Shown piece by piece: positions 28,449 through 37,767 of a stretch of DNA of 59,678 bases. Every line of letters starts with the position of its first letter. The first letter of the stretch is position 1. Under the pieces are notes generated by a model. That model had not been told where the DNA came from. It did not search any database and was given only the letters and a program-made list of their open reading frames with translations. This stretch comes from Minisyncoccota bacterium (GTDB lineage Bacteria > Patescibacteriota > Minisyncoccia > 2-02-FULL-40-12 > GWA2-44-9), in NCBI GenBank assembly GCA_035583445.1, contig DATEYD010000039.1, forward strand, positions 1 through 59,678, written 5' to 3'. Both the position numbers and the translations under genes were made by a program.

Positions 28449-28781
28449 ATGGCAGACGATCATGACCGGGAGTTCGTAGAGTATGTGATCAAGAACATCG
28501 TTACCAAGCCGGAGGCAGTGCAGGTGACTCGGACGGTGGATGAGCTGGGAGTGCTCCTGACCGTGAAGGTGTCGCCCGAAGACATGGGCCTCCTGATCGG
28601 TCGTAGCGGCTCCACCGCGAAAGCGGTCCGCACGCTTGCCCGCATCGTGGGCATGCGCTCTAACTCGCGCGTGAACGTGCGCATCGAGGAGCCTGAGGGC
28701 GGTCGCTTGGACAAGGGACTCATGGGGTCCAAAGAAGGCGCTTCCCGGGATGTCGAGGAGATCCTGGGGGATCTGCAGTAG
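28449..28781 (+). CDS. KH-domain RNA-binding protein (YlqC/UPF0109-like)
   Basis: 110 aa. Contains VEYVIKNIVTKPEAVQV...LLIGRSGSTAKAVRTLARIVG. Its position upstream of trmD is the conserved arrangement. Confidence 0.85.
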   Translation: MADDHDREFVEYVIKNIVTKPEAVQVTRTVDELGVLLTVKVSPEDMGLLIGRSGSTAKAVRTLARIVGMRSNSRVNVRIEEPEGGRLDKGLMGSKEGASRDVEEILGDLQ

Positions 28782-28790
28782 TATTCAGAT

Positions 28791-28817
28791 CAAGGCCCGC
28801 CCGAGTGGCGGGCCTTG
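28791..28817 (+). terminator. perfect 11-bp hairpin CAAGGCCCGCC/GGCGGGCCTTG (attenuator/terminator, no U-tract)
   Basis: Read directly. Confidence 0.45.
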
Positions 28818-28826
28818 CATCCGCAC

Positions 28827-29459
28827 ATGAAGCGTTTTGACATCATCACCATCTTCCCTGACATCTTCAGTGGATTCCTCGGAGAATCCCTGATCTCGAA
28901 AGCCATCAAGAAACGGCTCATTTCGGTGCGCACCCACTACCTTCGCACATGGACGACCGACCGGCACCAGACGGTGGACGGAACGCCCTACGGGGGCGGC
29001 CCCGGGTTGGTGATGAAGGTGGAGCCCATCATGAAAGCGGTCCGCGACCTGATAAGAGGCGCATCGAAGAAGGCTCTTGTCATCCTGTTCTCGCCGCGGG
29101 GGAAACAGATGGACCAAGCGATGGTGAAGCGCTGGGCGAAGCTCGACCGCCTTGTCTTCATCTGCGGCCGCTACGAAGGCGTCGACGAACGGGTGGCAAA
29201 ATACATCGCCGATGAGGTGGTGTCCGTCGGTCCCTACGTGCTGACCGGTGGGGAGGTCGCCGCGATGGCCGCCATCGAAGCGGTCGCCCGCCTCGTCCCG
29301 GGATTCATGCATGATGTCGGCAGCCAGACCAAGGAGGACCATCCCCAGTTCACGAAACCGGATGTCATCGTCATCGCGGGGAGGAAGCGCTCGGTTCCGA
29401 AGGTCCTCCTCTCCGGAGACCACGCCAAGATCAAAGCCTGGCGCGAATCGCATCGCTAA
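28827..29459 (+). CDS. trmD: tRNA (guanine37-N1)-methyltransferase
   Basis: The protein starts MKRFDIITIFPDIF and contains YGGGPGLVMKVEPI and GRYEGVDERV. The ATG at 28827 lies after the hairpin; the ORF track start at 28815 is a TTG. Confidence 0.9.
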   Translation: MKRFDIITIFPDIFSGFLGESLISKAIKKRLISVRTHYLRTWTTDRHQTVDGTPYGGGPGLVMKVEPIMKAVRDLIRGASKKALVILFSPRGKQMDQAMVKRWAKLDRLVFICGRYEGVDERVAKYIADEVVSVGPYVLTGGEVAAMAAIEAVARLVPGFMHDVGSQTKEDHPQFTKPDVIVIAGRKRSVPKVLLSGDHAKIKAWRESHR

Positions 29460-29470
29460 TGCGAAAAGAG

Positions 29471-29498
29471 AACCCGCGCGGGAGACCGCACGGGTTTT
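29471..29498. terminator. bidirectional terminator hairpin between convergent genes
   Basis: AACCCGCGCGG-GAGA-CCGCACGGGTT, with T-runs on both strands. Confidence 0.55.
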
Positions 29499-30673
29499 CA
29501 GAACGACACGCTCAGGGAGACGACCGAACCGATGTTGCCCCGCGTGTTCGTGGTGAACGTCGTCGGGATCAGTGCCGCGCCCTCAGGGAGTGGGACATGC
29601 GGGGGAACTCCGATCGCGAGCACGGCGACGCCTCGGCGCACCGCGGGATCGGGGAACCCGATCGCGTCGAGGTAGCGCAGACGGTCATGCATCGCGACGT
29701 CGGTCAAAAGAACCCCGCCTCCCAATGGCCCGGTCGGCTTGAACACGCCGGATCGGGGGGCTCCCAGGTGCTTACGGACGCCGGCGGTCAGGGTGAAGCG
29801 CCCACGGGTAGTTTGGAACCCGGCGATCGCGTCGCTGGACCCGTTGAACTCCAGGGTCGGCGTGTGGTAGCCAATCGGACGCCAACCGCCGAACTCGCCG
29901 ATGAGCCAGAGACGGTTCGCCAGTCGGTACCGAGCGCCGATGCCAGTATGCAGCAGGCCGGGACGCTCCGCTTTTGGCGCGTTGCTCGCGTCCGCGGTGA
30001 TGAAACGGTCACGATGCCCGAGTGCACCGTAGTGCGTGTACCCGAGGTTCACCGACGTCCGGAAACGCCCGAAGTCCCACGTCGCTGCACCATGGATCCG
30101 AACGTCGGTCGACCCGGCCCCGGATCCCTTCTGGAGGTCTTCGAGAGCGTTCGACGAGGTCATGATCGCCCGGGCGCCGATGGCGATGGACGGAGCGGCA
30201 CCGTGTTGATGTCGGACGAGGACCCTGAACCCCATCGCATACTCGCCATCGCGCATCTCGGTGATGCTCGACGAGCTTCGCGGCAGGAAGGGCATCGGCA
30301 TGTACATCACCCGGTACGGCGCCTGGGGAGGTTCGCCGCTGGCGACGAAGATGTCCATGGGCGGCGGGGGGATCGGGGGATCACCCGGGACGACCACGCC
30401 GCGCGCGATCTGGTAGGTTGCTGCGAACTCGACATGCCGGACGATGCCGATCCGGCACGAGAGTGCGAGATCGGTGATGTCGAGACCGAACGGGTCACGA
30501 TCATAGTTGTCGAAGCTCAGACCGCACGCCCCATGCCGGGGCGGTACGATGTGCGCCTCCTCGACGCTCAGGAGACCGCCGCCAGCAGGTCCGGTCCACG
30601 GGGTCTGGGCAGTTGCCGGGGATGTGCACAAGAGGGCGCCGCTGAGGACGCCCGATACGAGGATTACCCGCAT
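29498..30673 (-). CDS. secreted beta-barrel-like protein (outer-membrane-protein-like, C-terminal ...SLSVSF)
   Basis: ORF 29498..30685. GGAGGA lies 5 nt before the ATG at 30673. The signal peptide is MRVILVSGVLSGALLCTSPATAQ. The sequence shows an alternating hydrophobic pattern and ends in Phe. The overlapping + ORF 29459..30748 is an Arg-rich shadow. Confidence 0.6.
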   Translation of the reverse strand: MRVILVSGVLSGALLCTSPATAQTPWTGPAGGGLLSVEEAHIVPPRHGACGLSFDNYDRDPFGLDITDLALSCRIGIVRHVEFAATYQIARGVVVPGDPPIPPPPMDIFVASGEPPQAPYRVMYMPMPFLPRSSSSITEMRDGEYAMGFRVLVRHQHGAAPSIAIGARAIMTSSNALEDLQKGSGAGSTDVRIHGAATWDFGRFRTSVNLGYTHYGALGHRDRFITADASNAPKAERPGLLHTGIGARYRLANRLWLIGEFGGWRPIGYHTPTLEFNGSSDAIAGFQTTRGRFTLTAGVRKHLGAPRSGVFKPTGPLGGGVLLTDVAMHDRLRYLDAIGFPDPAVRRGVAVLAIGVPPHVPLPEGAALIPTTFTTNTRGNIGSVVSLSVSF

Positions 30674-30739
30674 GACGTCCTCCATTGTGAAGGATACGAC
30701 AAGAGGAATCGTACCCGGTTTTCAAGGTTCCGCCTACCC

Positions 30740-30767
30740 TTGACCTGAACCGGAGGTCATGTATACT
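30740..30767 (+). promoter_or_regulatory. candidate rRNA promoter TTGACC-16-TATACT
   Basis: Hexamers lie at 30740-30745 and 30762-30767, about 180 nt upstream of the 16S 5' end. Confidence 0.35.
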
Positions 30768-30837
30768 GTTCGGGTAGTCTGCTGGGATATCCCGATGAAG
30801 GACATCCTCGACTAAACAAGCGAATACAACGTAGTAC

Positions 30838-30875
30838 GACCCCGTATGCCTCCCGGCGCGGAGGCATACGGGGTC
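30838..30875 (+). other. perfect 16-bp GC-rich hairpin in the putative 16S leader
   Basis: GACCCCGTATGCCTCC-CGGCGC-GGAGGCATACGGGGTC, read directly. Confidence 0.6.
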
Positions 30876-31467
30876 GTGGTATGCAGAGACCGCGACCAGA
30901 TCGTTTCCAACTTGACACAGTCAATCATAACCTAGCCTATATAAGAGAGTTTGATTCTGGCTCAGGATGAACGCTGGCGGCGTGGATAAGGCATGCAAGT
31001 CGAACGAACCATCCATTGAAGAAGTTGAGATTACATCAAGGCGACGGATACGGATGGTTAGTGGCGAACGAGTTAGTAACACCTTGGTACATACCCGGAA
31101 GTCGGGCACAACGGGTCGAAAGATCCGCTAATTCCCGATAGTGCAGCAATGCTAAAGAAGCAATTCGCTTCCGGAGTGGCCTAGGTCCTATCAGGTAGTT
31201 GGTGGGGTAATGGCTCACCAAGCCAATGACGGGTAGGGGGCGTGAGAGCGTGGCCCTCAACGACGGAACTGAGATACGGTCCGTACACCTACGGGTGGCA
31301 GCAGTCGAGAATATTCGACAATGGGGGAAACCCTGATCGAGCGACGCCGCGTGCAGGAAGAAGGCCTTCGGGTTGTAAACTGCTTTTGCCAGGGAAGAAT
31401 TTTGACGGTACCTGGAGAATAAGGGGTTGCTAACTCTGTGCCAGCAGCAGCGGTAATACAGAGACCC

Positions 31468-31498
<31 letters not shown>

Positions 31499-32253
31499 GG
31501 CGAGTAGCCGGTCGTGTTAGTTTGATGTCAAACCTTGGGGCCCAACCCCAAGCCTGCATCGAAAACGGCACGGCTAGAGTCGGTGAGAGGCGGACGGAAC
31601 GTACGGTGTAGGGGTGAAATCCACTGATATCGTACGGAACACCAAAAGCGAAGGCAGTCCGCTAGCGCCGCACTGACGGTCAATCGCGAAAGCGTGGGGA
31701 TCAAAAAGGATTAGATACCCTTGTAGTCCACGCCCTAAACGTTGCCAACTGGCTATCGGGAGCATCGACCCTTCCGGTGGCGAAGCTAACGCGTTAAGTT
31801 GGTCGCCTGGGAAGTACGAGCGCAAGCTTAAAACTCAAAGAAATAGGCGGGACTTCGCACAAGCAGTGGATCATGCGGTTCAATTCGACTCTAACCGAGG
31901 AACCTCACCAGGGCTTGAAATCCAGACGTAATCCTTCCGAAAGGTTGGACCCCGAAAGGCGGCTGGACAGGTGCTGCACGGCTGTCGTCAGCTCGTCACG
32001 TGAGTGGTCTCCTTAAGTGGATCAACGAGCGCAACCCCTACGATGTGTTATATGTGTCACATCGGACTGCTGCGGTAACGCAGAGGAAGGTGGGGATGAC
32101 GTCAAGTCAGCGTGGCCCTTTGATGCCCTGGGCTACACGCATGATACAATGGATGTTACAACGGGTTGCCAAGCCGCGAGGCGGAGCTAATCCCATCAAA
32201 GGCATCCTCAGTTCGGATAGGAGGCTGCAACTTGCCTCCTTGAAGCTGGAATT

Positions 32254-32293
<40 letters not shown>

Positions 32294-32310
32294 TCGAAGT
32301 TTGCACTCAC

Positions 32311-33146
32311 AATGAAAGCGCCCGGCAGGTGGCGCTTCCAGACGGTTTGAATCCGTCCCTCGGAGCGATCCGAGCGTAGCCGGAGGCTAGTCGCACCCCG
32401 CGAGGGGTACGGCAAAGGAGCCCGAGGCAAACCGTAGCTCTTCAATGAGAGCGGCGTCGTATTGACCCATGACTGGCAGTGAGCATGGGGAAGATACATC
32501 ACAGGGACGCAGAAGAGATGCGGGGAATGGAAGTGTCATTGACCCGGGGAGATCTGTCGCAGTACAATGGATTTGACGCTGCGTCAGAAGTCAGCTCGGT
32601 CGTAGTATTCGGGATGCATGCATCCCGGAGAAGGACCGTCTCCGAAACATGTTGAGTCCGCAATATATCGTCGGTTTGGTTGATGGGGAGGGAAGCTTCA
32701 CCGCGTACGTCCGGGACCCGGACAAGGGTGGTGACGTGAAGCGACGGGTGTACGTAGAACCGAGGTTTTACATCAAGCTGATCGAACGGGATCGATCGAT
32801 CCTGTATCAGCTGAAACGGTACTTCGGCTGCGGCAACGTCTACTTCCAGCGCGATGCGCGCCCCAACCATCAGCAATGCTATCGATATGAAGTGTTCAAT
32901 TGGGGAGACCTACGGAAGACGATCATACCGTTCTTCCGGAAGCATCCTCTCCGCCTGGCCTCGAGGCGCCGTGATTTCCGCATATTCTGCGAAATCATGG
33001 AGCGCATCGAACGGGGCGAACATGGAACACGTGCAGGACTCAAGCGTCTGTGCCGTCTCAAGGCACGGATGCACTAGGAGCTCGTCGCATGCGGGAAACC
33101 CGCAGGTGCGATGGGAACGTCAACTCTGAAATCCCAGAGGACAATT
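32311..33146 (+). mobile_element. intron-like intervening sequence (probable group I intron) in the 16S decoding-centre region; boundaries approximate
   Basis: It lies between TTGCACTCAC (matching TTGTACACAC near E. coli position 1400) and GCCCGTCA. It contains GNRA-capped helices (ccccGCGAgggg, cggGAAAccg) and a homing endonuclease ORF. Confidence 0.7.
32649..33077 (+). CDS. LAGLIDADG homing endonuclease, single-motif type
   Basis: 142 aa. IVGLVDGEGSFTAYV is a LAGLIDADG motif. The size and single motif suggest a homodimeric I-CreI-like enzyme. Confidence 0.9.
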   Translation: MLSPQYIVGLVDGEGSFTAYVRDPDKGGDVKRRVYVEPRFYIKLIERDRSILYQLKRYFGCGNVYFQRDARPNHQQCYRYEVFNWGDLRKTIIPFFRKHPLRLASRRRDFRIFCEIMERIERGEHGTRAGLKRLCRLKARMH

Positions 33147-33468
33147 GCCCGTCAACTCAAGGGAGCCGGTAATACCTGAAGACCCCTAAATATCTGGGGG
33201 GACACGGTAGGATCGGTAACAGGGAGTAAGTCGTAACAAGGCAAGGCTAGCGGAAGCTGGTCTTGGATCACCTCCTTTCTATTCTTGCTTTTCCTTCGCG
33301 GAAAACAGAATAAAAGATAAAGGTAGTCGATAGAGGGTGTACGTCGCATGGCCCGTAAGGGTCTTCCGGCGTACGGTCTCTGCCAGGTCCGATGGCGAAA
33401 TCGGAGTTCCGTTCATGGTGCAAGGAACACAAACGCACTCTAGGTATGATTGACTGTGTCAGGCTGGA

Positions 33469-33497
33469 ACAAGAACGCTCCTCTGGAGCGTTCTTGT
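33469..33497 (+). terminator. hairpin ACAAGAACGCTCC/GGAGCGTTCTTGT downstream of 16S
   Basis: A 12-13 bp stem, read directly. There is no clear U-tract. Confidence 0.45.
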
Positions 33498-33541
33498 GTC
33501 GTGTACCGATTCTGCTAATCTGCCGTGGTCAGGAGGTCTTT

Positions 33542-34126
33542 ATGCGGGAGGTGACGAAGATCATCGGGGTCAGGCTGTACGCGTGGGATGAGGCACCGTA
33601 CCAGTATCGCCAGCTACTGGAGGACGCCATCCGTGCACGAAACGGGGCCCAGCCGTCCTACTCCAAGTACCGGGTCGGGTGTGCCATGCGAAGCGCGCAA
33701 GGTAAGATCTACACCGGCGCCAACGTGGAGAACGTGGCGTACACGCCCACGATGCATGCCGAGTGGCTCGCGGCTTCATCGCTTGCCATGCAGGAAGGCA
33801 TCGCGCAGGCGGAAGGATACCTGGTTCGGGACCGATTCGTCCGGAAGATCGCCGCGGTGGCGGTCGTGGGAGCGCCGGGCGATGTGACTATCGCGCTGCC
33901 ACCCAAACCCTGGCCTCCCGGCTCTTTCCCTGACGATCCGTTCCAGTGGTCCATCGCGCCCTGCGGCCTATGTCGGCAGGTCATCTGGGAGAACTGCATG
34001 GGCGACCCATCGGTGCCACTCATCGAGCTGACGCCCACCGGCGAGGTCTCGGTGACCACGATGGGGGAGGCCTATCCCTTTCCGTTCGGGCCGGACGCTC
34101 TGGGCATCGACGTCTGGCGAGCGTGA
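33542..34126 (+). CDS. cdd: cytidine/deoxycytidylate deaminase-family protein
   Basis: AGGAGG lies 5 nt before the ATG at 33542. The zinc motifs HAE and PCGLCRQ are present, with an unusually long spacer between them. Confidence 0.75.
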   Translation: MREVTKIIGVRLYAWDEAPYQYRQLLEDAIRARNGAQPSYSKYRVGCAMRSAQGKIYTGANVENVAYTPTMHAEWLAASSLAMQEGIAQAEGYLVRDRFVRKIAAVAVVGAPGDVTIALPPKPWPPGSFPDDPFQWSIAPCGLCRQVIWENCMGDPSVPLIELTPTGEVSVTTMGEAYPFPFGPDALGIDVWRA

Positions 34127-34131
34127 CCGGC

Positions 34132-34166
34132 AAGAACCCGCCCTCTGACGAGAGCGGGTGTTTCTT
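34132..34166. terminator. imperfect hairpin with T-run between convergent genes
   Basis: CCCGC/GCGGG core followed by TGTTTCTT. Confidence 0.4.
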
Positions 34167-34168
34167 AT

Positions 34169-34534
34169 CTACTGGATGGTCACCGAGCAGGGGATGCGCT
34201 GCCATTGACCCCCGACACCCGGGACGAATACGGAGACCGTTTTTTTACCGATCGTATCATAGGTGACCGAGAGTTTGCCCCCATCTTGGAATCGGACGCG
34301 TCCCGAGTCGGCGCTCCATGCATAGGGAAGTGCGGGATCGAGACCGATCACCGTGAAGAGCACGGCCTGTCCCACCGCGGCGACCGTTCGATCGGGAGCG
34401 CATACAACGTCAGCGGCGCTGCCGCGGGACAGATCAAAATCGACAGCGATCTGCGTCGCCAATCCGGAGATGCCGATGTAGACCCCCACGCCAAGCATGA
34501 GGACCATGACGATTGCGACGGAGATAGGGCGCAT
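34169..34534 (-). CDS. small membrane-anchored PKD-like domain protein
   Basis: 121 aa with an N-terminal TM segment. VLFTVIG...YAWSADSG...VTYDTIGKKTVSVFV is PKD-like. Confidence 0.55.
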   Translation of the reverse strand: MRPISVAIVMVLMLGVGVYIGISGLATQIAVDFDLSRGSAADVVCAPDRTVAAVGQAVLFTVIGLDPALPYAWSADSGRVRFQDGGKLSVTYDTIGKKTVSVFVPGVGGQWQRIPCSVTIQ

Positions 34535-34536
34535 GG

Positions 34537-35277
34537 CTAGCGGATCTGGTAGGTCAGGGTGACGGTGACTTCGATCTCGTTCTGCCCGGTCGGGAGCTCA
34601 GGTGCCCCACCGCCCCCGCCGATGCCATCAGCGGCCGTGCGGCCGTAGGGGACCGGCGAGCCGCTCGTCCCTTCGGAGAAGCCGACGATGCGGCCGAGTT
34701 TGATGCCAAGATCATCGCGCAGCGCCTTTGCCTTGTCCTTCGCGTTCTCGATAGCTTGTTCACGTGCCTGGGCTTCGAGCTCTTCGGGGTCATCGATCGT
34801 GAACTGGAAGTTGTTCACCTGGTTCACGCCAGCGCCGACGACGCCATCCAGGATCTCGTTGGCCTTCTCGAGGTCGCGGATCTTCACGGTCAACGACTGG
34901 GTGACCTGGTAGCCGCGGATCCGGCTGCGGCCATCGATGTAGTCGTACATCGGGTAGATGCTGTAGCTGGACGTGCGGATGTCATCCTCGCTGATGCCGG
35001 CATCCTTCAGGAATTGCACGACGGTCTGGGATTTCGCGTTCGCGTCAGTCTGCGCGCGTTCGGCGGTCGTTCCTTCGATGCTGATGGCGAGTTCGGCGAC
35101 CGCGACGTCAGGCTTCGCGAGGACGGTACCCGTCCCGGAGAAGGAGACCGTGTCGGAACGGTTCCCGACACTGGCCGTGTAATCCATATTCTGGATGAGC
35201 CACAGCCCTGCGAGCGCGAACACCGCGATCAATACCCAGCCTCCGACCTGAAACTCCTTTCGAAATTGTTCGATCAT
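34537..35277 (-). CDS. SIMPL (DUF541) domain protein
   Basis: 246 aa with a TM segment. Contains AKPDVAVAELAI, GYQVTQSLTVKIRDLEKANEILD and AIENAKDKAKAL. Confidence 0.85.
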   Translation of the reverse strand: MIEQFRKEFQVGGWVLIAVFALAGLWLIQNMDYTASVGNRSDTVSFSGTGTVLAKPDVAVAELAISIEGTTAERAQTDANAKSQTVVQFLKDAGISEDDIRTSSYSIYPMYDYIDGRSRIRGYQVTQSLTVKIRDLEKANEILDGVVGAGVNQVNNFQFTIDDPEELEAQAREQAIENAKDKAKALRDDLGIKLGRIVGFSEGTSGSPVPYGRTAADGIGGGGGAPELPTGQNEIEVTVTLTYQIR

Positions 35278-35407
35278 ATGTTAGGGGAGTGATTCGCTAC
35301 GCGTTCATCATAGCATACGAACGGGGAATGAGGAGGCGGAAATCAGATTATGCGACATGATAATCGCTTGACTGCATCGGGAAGAATCCTCACCCTTTTG
35401 ATTGCTT

Positions 35408-36040
35408 ATGGTGAAGCTGCCTCGAAAATCGCTTGAGCGCGATCTGCTCGCGCAGGGCTATACCTGCATCATCGGCCTCGACGAGGTTGGCATGGCGTGT
35501 TTGGCCGGACCGGTCGTCGTCGGAGCCGCATTGTTTCGCCCCAAGTTCTTCGCGGGGCGTTGGAAGAAGCTCCAATATCTCCGCGATTCGAAACTGCTCC
35601 AGGCGAACCACCGCGAGCGGTATGCGCTCGAGCTCGCCTCGCACCGGTACATCCGCCACGCGATCGCGGTCGTGCACCCGCATGAGGTGGATCGGCTCAA
35701 CGTATACCATGCGGCGCTCGCCGGCATGCGGCGTGCATTAGGGCGCCTGGGACTGACCACGAAGGATAGGCCGTTCATCCTCATCGACGGCAGAGGCCGC
35801 ATCCCGAAGATCCGCTGGCCGCAGCAGGCGATCGTGAAGGGCGATCGGAAGGTGTTCTGCATCGCGGCGGCCTCGGTCCTGGCAAAGGTGCACCGCGACG
35901 CGATGATGGTACGTTATGCGACACGATACCCCGGGTACGGCTTCGAGGTGCACAAGGGGTATCCGACGAAGATGCATCGCGAACGCCTGAATAAGCTGGG
36001 GATGTCCCGTCTCCACCGAAAGTCGTTCCACGTGCATTGA
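35408..36040 (+). CDS. rnhB: ribonuclease HII
   Basis: GLDEVGMACLAGPVVVGA, DSKLL and IDG motifs. The first ATG is at 35408; the ORF track start at 35402 is a TTG. Confidence 0.9.
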   Translation: MVKLPRKSLERDLLAQGYTCIIGLDEVGMACLAGPVVVGAALFRPKFFAGRWKKLQYLRDSKLLQANHRERYALELASHRYIRHAIAVVHPHEVDRLNVYHAALAGMRRALGRLGLTTKDRPFILIDGRGRIPKIRWPQQAIVKGDRKVFCIAAASVLAKVHRDAMMVRYATRYPGYGFEVHKGYPTKMHRERLNKLGMSRLHRKSFHVH

Positions 36041-36095
36041 CATCGGGGTGTCCCTTCGGTATTGTCAGGTCTCCGTTCGTATACAAGGAGGTCGT

Positions 36096-36677
36096 ATGTC
36101 CAAGCAGCAGCCGGTCTACTTCGACCGATCCGGGACTCCCATCACGATCATGGGCGTGCTGACCGGGGTGGTCCTCACCCTGGTGTGCGGCGTGCTGCTC
36201 TACCACTTCTGGTACGTGCGGCCGCACACGGTGCCGGTGAACCCGCAGAACCGCGGCATCTCGGTGGGCTTTGAGCTCATCCCCGAAGACATGGAGCCGT
36301 ACCGGGGCCTCGTCTCGTACGAGGCGGAATACGGTCCGTCGACCGTCTGGCACCCCGAGTTCCTCTTCCCGCCGGCGGTGTGGCCGGGAGGACTGCACAC
36401 CGAGCTCGTGTACTGGACGCGGGACGGGGTGAAGAAGACGCGACGGTCCTCGTTCTTCATCGCCTGCGACCCCGACCGGGTGTACTACCCTATCGACCAG
36501 GTCCGGGAGGTCATCCTGCACCAGGTCGACGACCGAGGGCTGATATTCGTCCTGGTGGCTGTCCAGGTCCGCAACACGTCACCCTCGACGATTCCCGTGC
36601 TCATGCCTCGGATTGTGACGCCCCAAGCCAATCCCACGCTGTCTCCGCGGCCGAGATGGTCCCGAGTCCCCGCCTGA
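36096..36677 (+). CDS. hypothetical single-pass membrane protein
   Basis: AAGGAGG lies before the ATG at 36096. There is a TM helix, GVLTGVVLTLVCGVLLY. No family was recognised. Confidence 0.55.
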   Translation: MSKQQPVYFDRSGTPITIMGVLTGVVLTLVCGVLLYHFWYVRPHTVPVNPQNRGISVGFELIPEDMEPYRGLVSYEAEYGPSTVWHPEFLFPPAVWPGGLHTELVYWTRDGVKKTRRSSFFIACDPDRVYYPIDQVREVILHQVDDRGLIFVLVAVQVRNTSPSTIPVLMPRIVTPQANPTLSPRPRWSRVPA

Positions 36678-36697
36678 TCCTGGCGGGGGCCTTTTTT
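36668..36697 (+). terminator. rho-independent terminator (7-bp GC stem plus T6)
   Basis: CCCCGCC...GGCGGGG followed by GCCTTTTTT. Confidence 0.7.
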
Positions 36698-36738
36698 GTG
36701 GACAAGCGCCCGCGTGAAAGGCGGTATACTGGCTCCAT

Positions 36739-37767
36739 ATGGCACGCATCGCGATGAACGGGTTCGGACGCATTGGACGTGCGTTCTTCAAGCTGGCGCT
36801 CACGAGGCCTGATCTTGATATCGTGGCGATCAACGACCTGGGAGATCCCGAGAACCTTGCGTATCTTCTGCGCTTCGATTCCGCGTATGGCCGGTACAAT
36901 CAGGAAGTCCGCGTCGAGGAATCCGACGGGAAGCGGTGGCTCGTGGTCGGCGACCGAAAGGCGATGTTCCTGCAGGAGAAGGATCCGACCGACCTTCCCT
37001 GGGAAGCGTTGGACATTGACATCGTCGTCGAGGCGACCGGGGTGTTCGAATCGTACGAGAAGGCACGCGTGCACATCACGGCCGGCGCGAAGCGCGTCGT
37101 CCTGACCGCGCCCGCAAAGGACGAGGACGGGCCGGATGCGAAGACGGTGCTCATGGGGGTGAATCCCGACGCGCTGAAGACCTGCGTGCTCTCGAGCAAC
37201 GGGTCCTGCACCACGAACTCGGCATCGCCCGTGCTGCAGATCCTCTCTGAGCATCTGGGCGTGAAGAAGGCGTTCCTCACGACGACGCACGGCTACACAG
37301 CGACGCAGAGCCTGATCGATGGGCCGGTGAAGGGGCACGACCTGCGTCGAGGACGTGCCGCCGCAGCCAACATCGTTCCCAGCACCACAGGGGCGACCAT
37401 CGCCGTCGCGCGCGCCATTGAAGGGCTCGCCGGCAAGTTCGACGGCATCTCGATGCGCGTGCCGATCCTGACCGGTTCCCTCTCGGCGATCGTCTTCGTC
37501 TCCAAGCACAAGACGACCATCGACGAAATCAATGAGATTCTTGAGAAGGCCGAGCGCGAGGAACGGTGGAAAGATATCTTTCGAACCACGAGGGAACCAC
37601 TCGTATCTTCGGATATCATCGGCGAACCCCATGCCGCCATCGCCGACCTGTCGCTCACCAAGGTGGTTGATGGTGACCTGTGTGCGGTCTATTCCTGGTA
37701 TGACAACGAGTACGGTTACACGGTATCGCTGGTGCAGCATGTGATGGAGGTCGCCAAGTCGCTCTGA
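36739..37767 (+). CDS. gap: glyceraldehyde-3-phosphate dehydrogenase, type I
   Basis: NGFGRIGR, an SCTTN-type motif (NGSCTTNS) and WYDNEYGY. TATACT at 36725-36730 lies 8 nt before the ATG. Confidence 0.95.
   Translation: MARIAMNGFGRIGRAFFKLALTRPDLDIVAINDLGDPENLAYLLRFDSAYGRYNQEVRVEESDGKRWLVVGDRKAMFLQEKDPTDLPWEALDIDIVVEATGVFESYEKARVHITAGAKRVVLTAPAKDEDGPDAKTVLMGVNPDALKTCVLSSNGSCTTNSASPVLQILSEHLGVKKAFLTTTHGYTATQSLIDGPVKGHDLRRGRAAAANIVPSTTGATIAVARAIEGLAGKFDGISMRVPILTGSLSAIVFVSKHKTTIDEINEILEKAEREERWKDIFRTTREPLVSSDIIGEPHAAIADLSLTKVVDGDLCAVYSWYDNEYGYTVSLVQHVMEVAKSL

Noticed and set aside
29459-30748. 429-aa plus-strand ORF overlapping the beta-barrel-like gene
   Set aside because: The sequence is Arg/Gly/Asp-rich and of low complexity, as is typical of an antisense shadow in GC-rich DNA. 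The minus-strand frame has a signal peptide, an SD and a protein-like composition.
30912-30943. TTGACA (30912) with TATATA (30938) as the 16S promoter
   Set aside because: The spacing is 20 nt, and the implied start would fall inside the conserved 5' end of 16S (AGAGTTTGAT at 30946). The upstream TTGACC-16-TATACT fits better.
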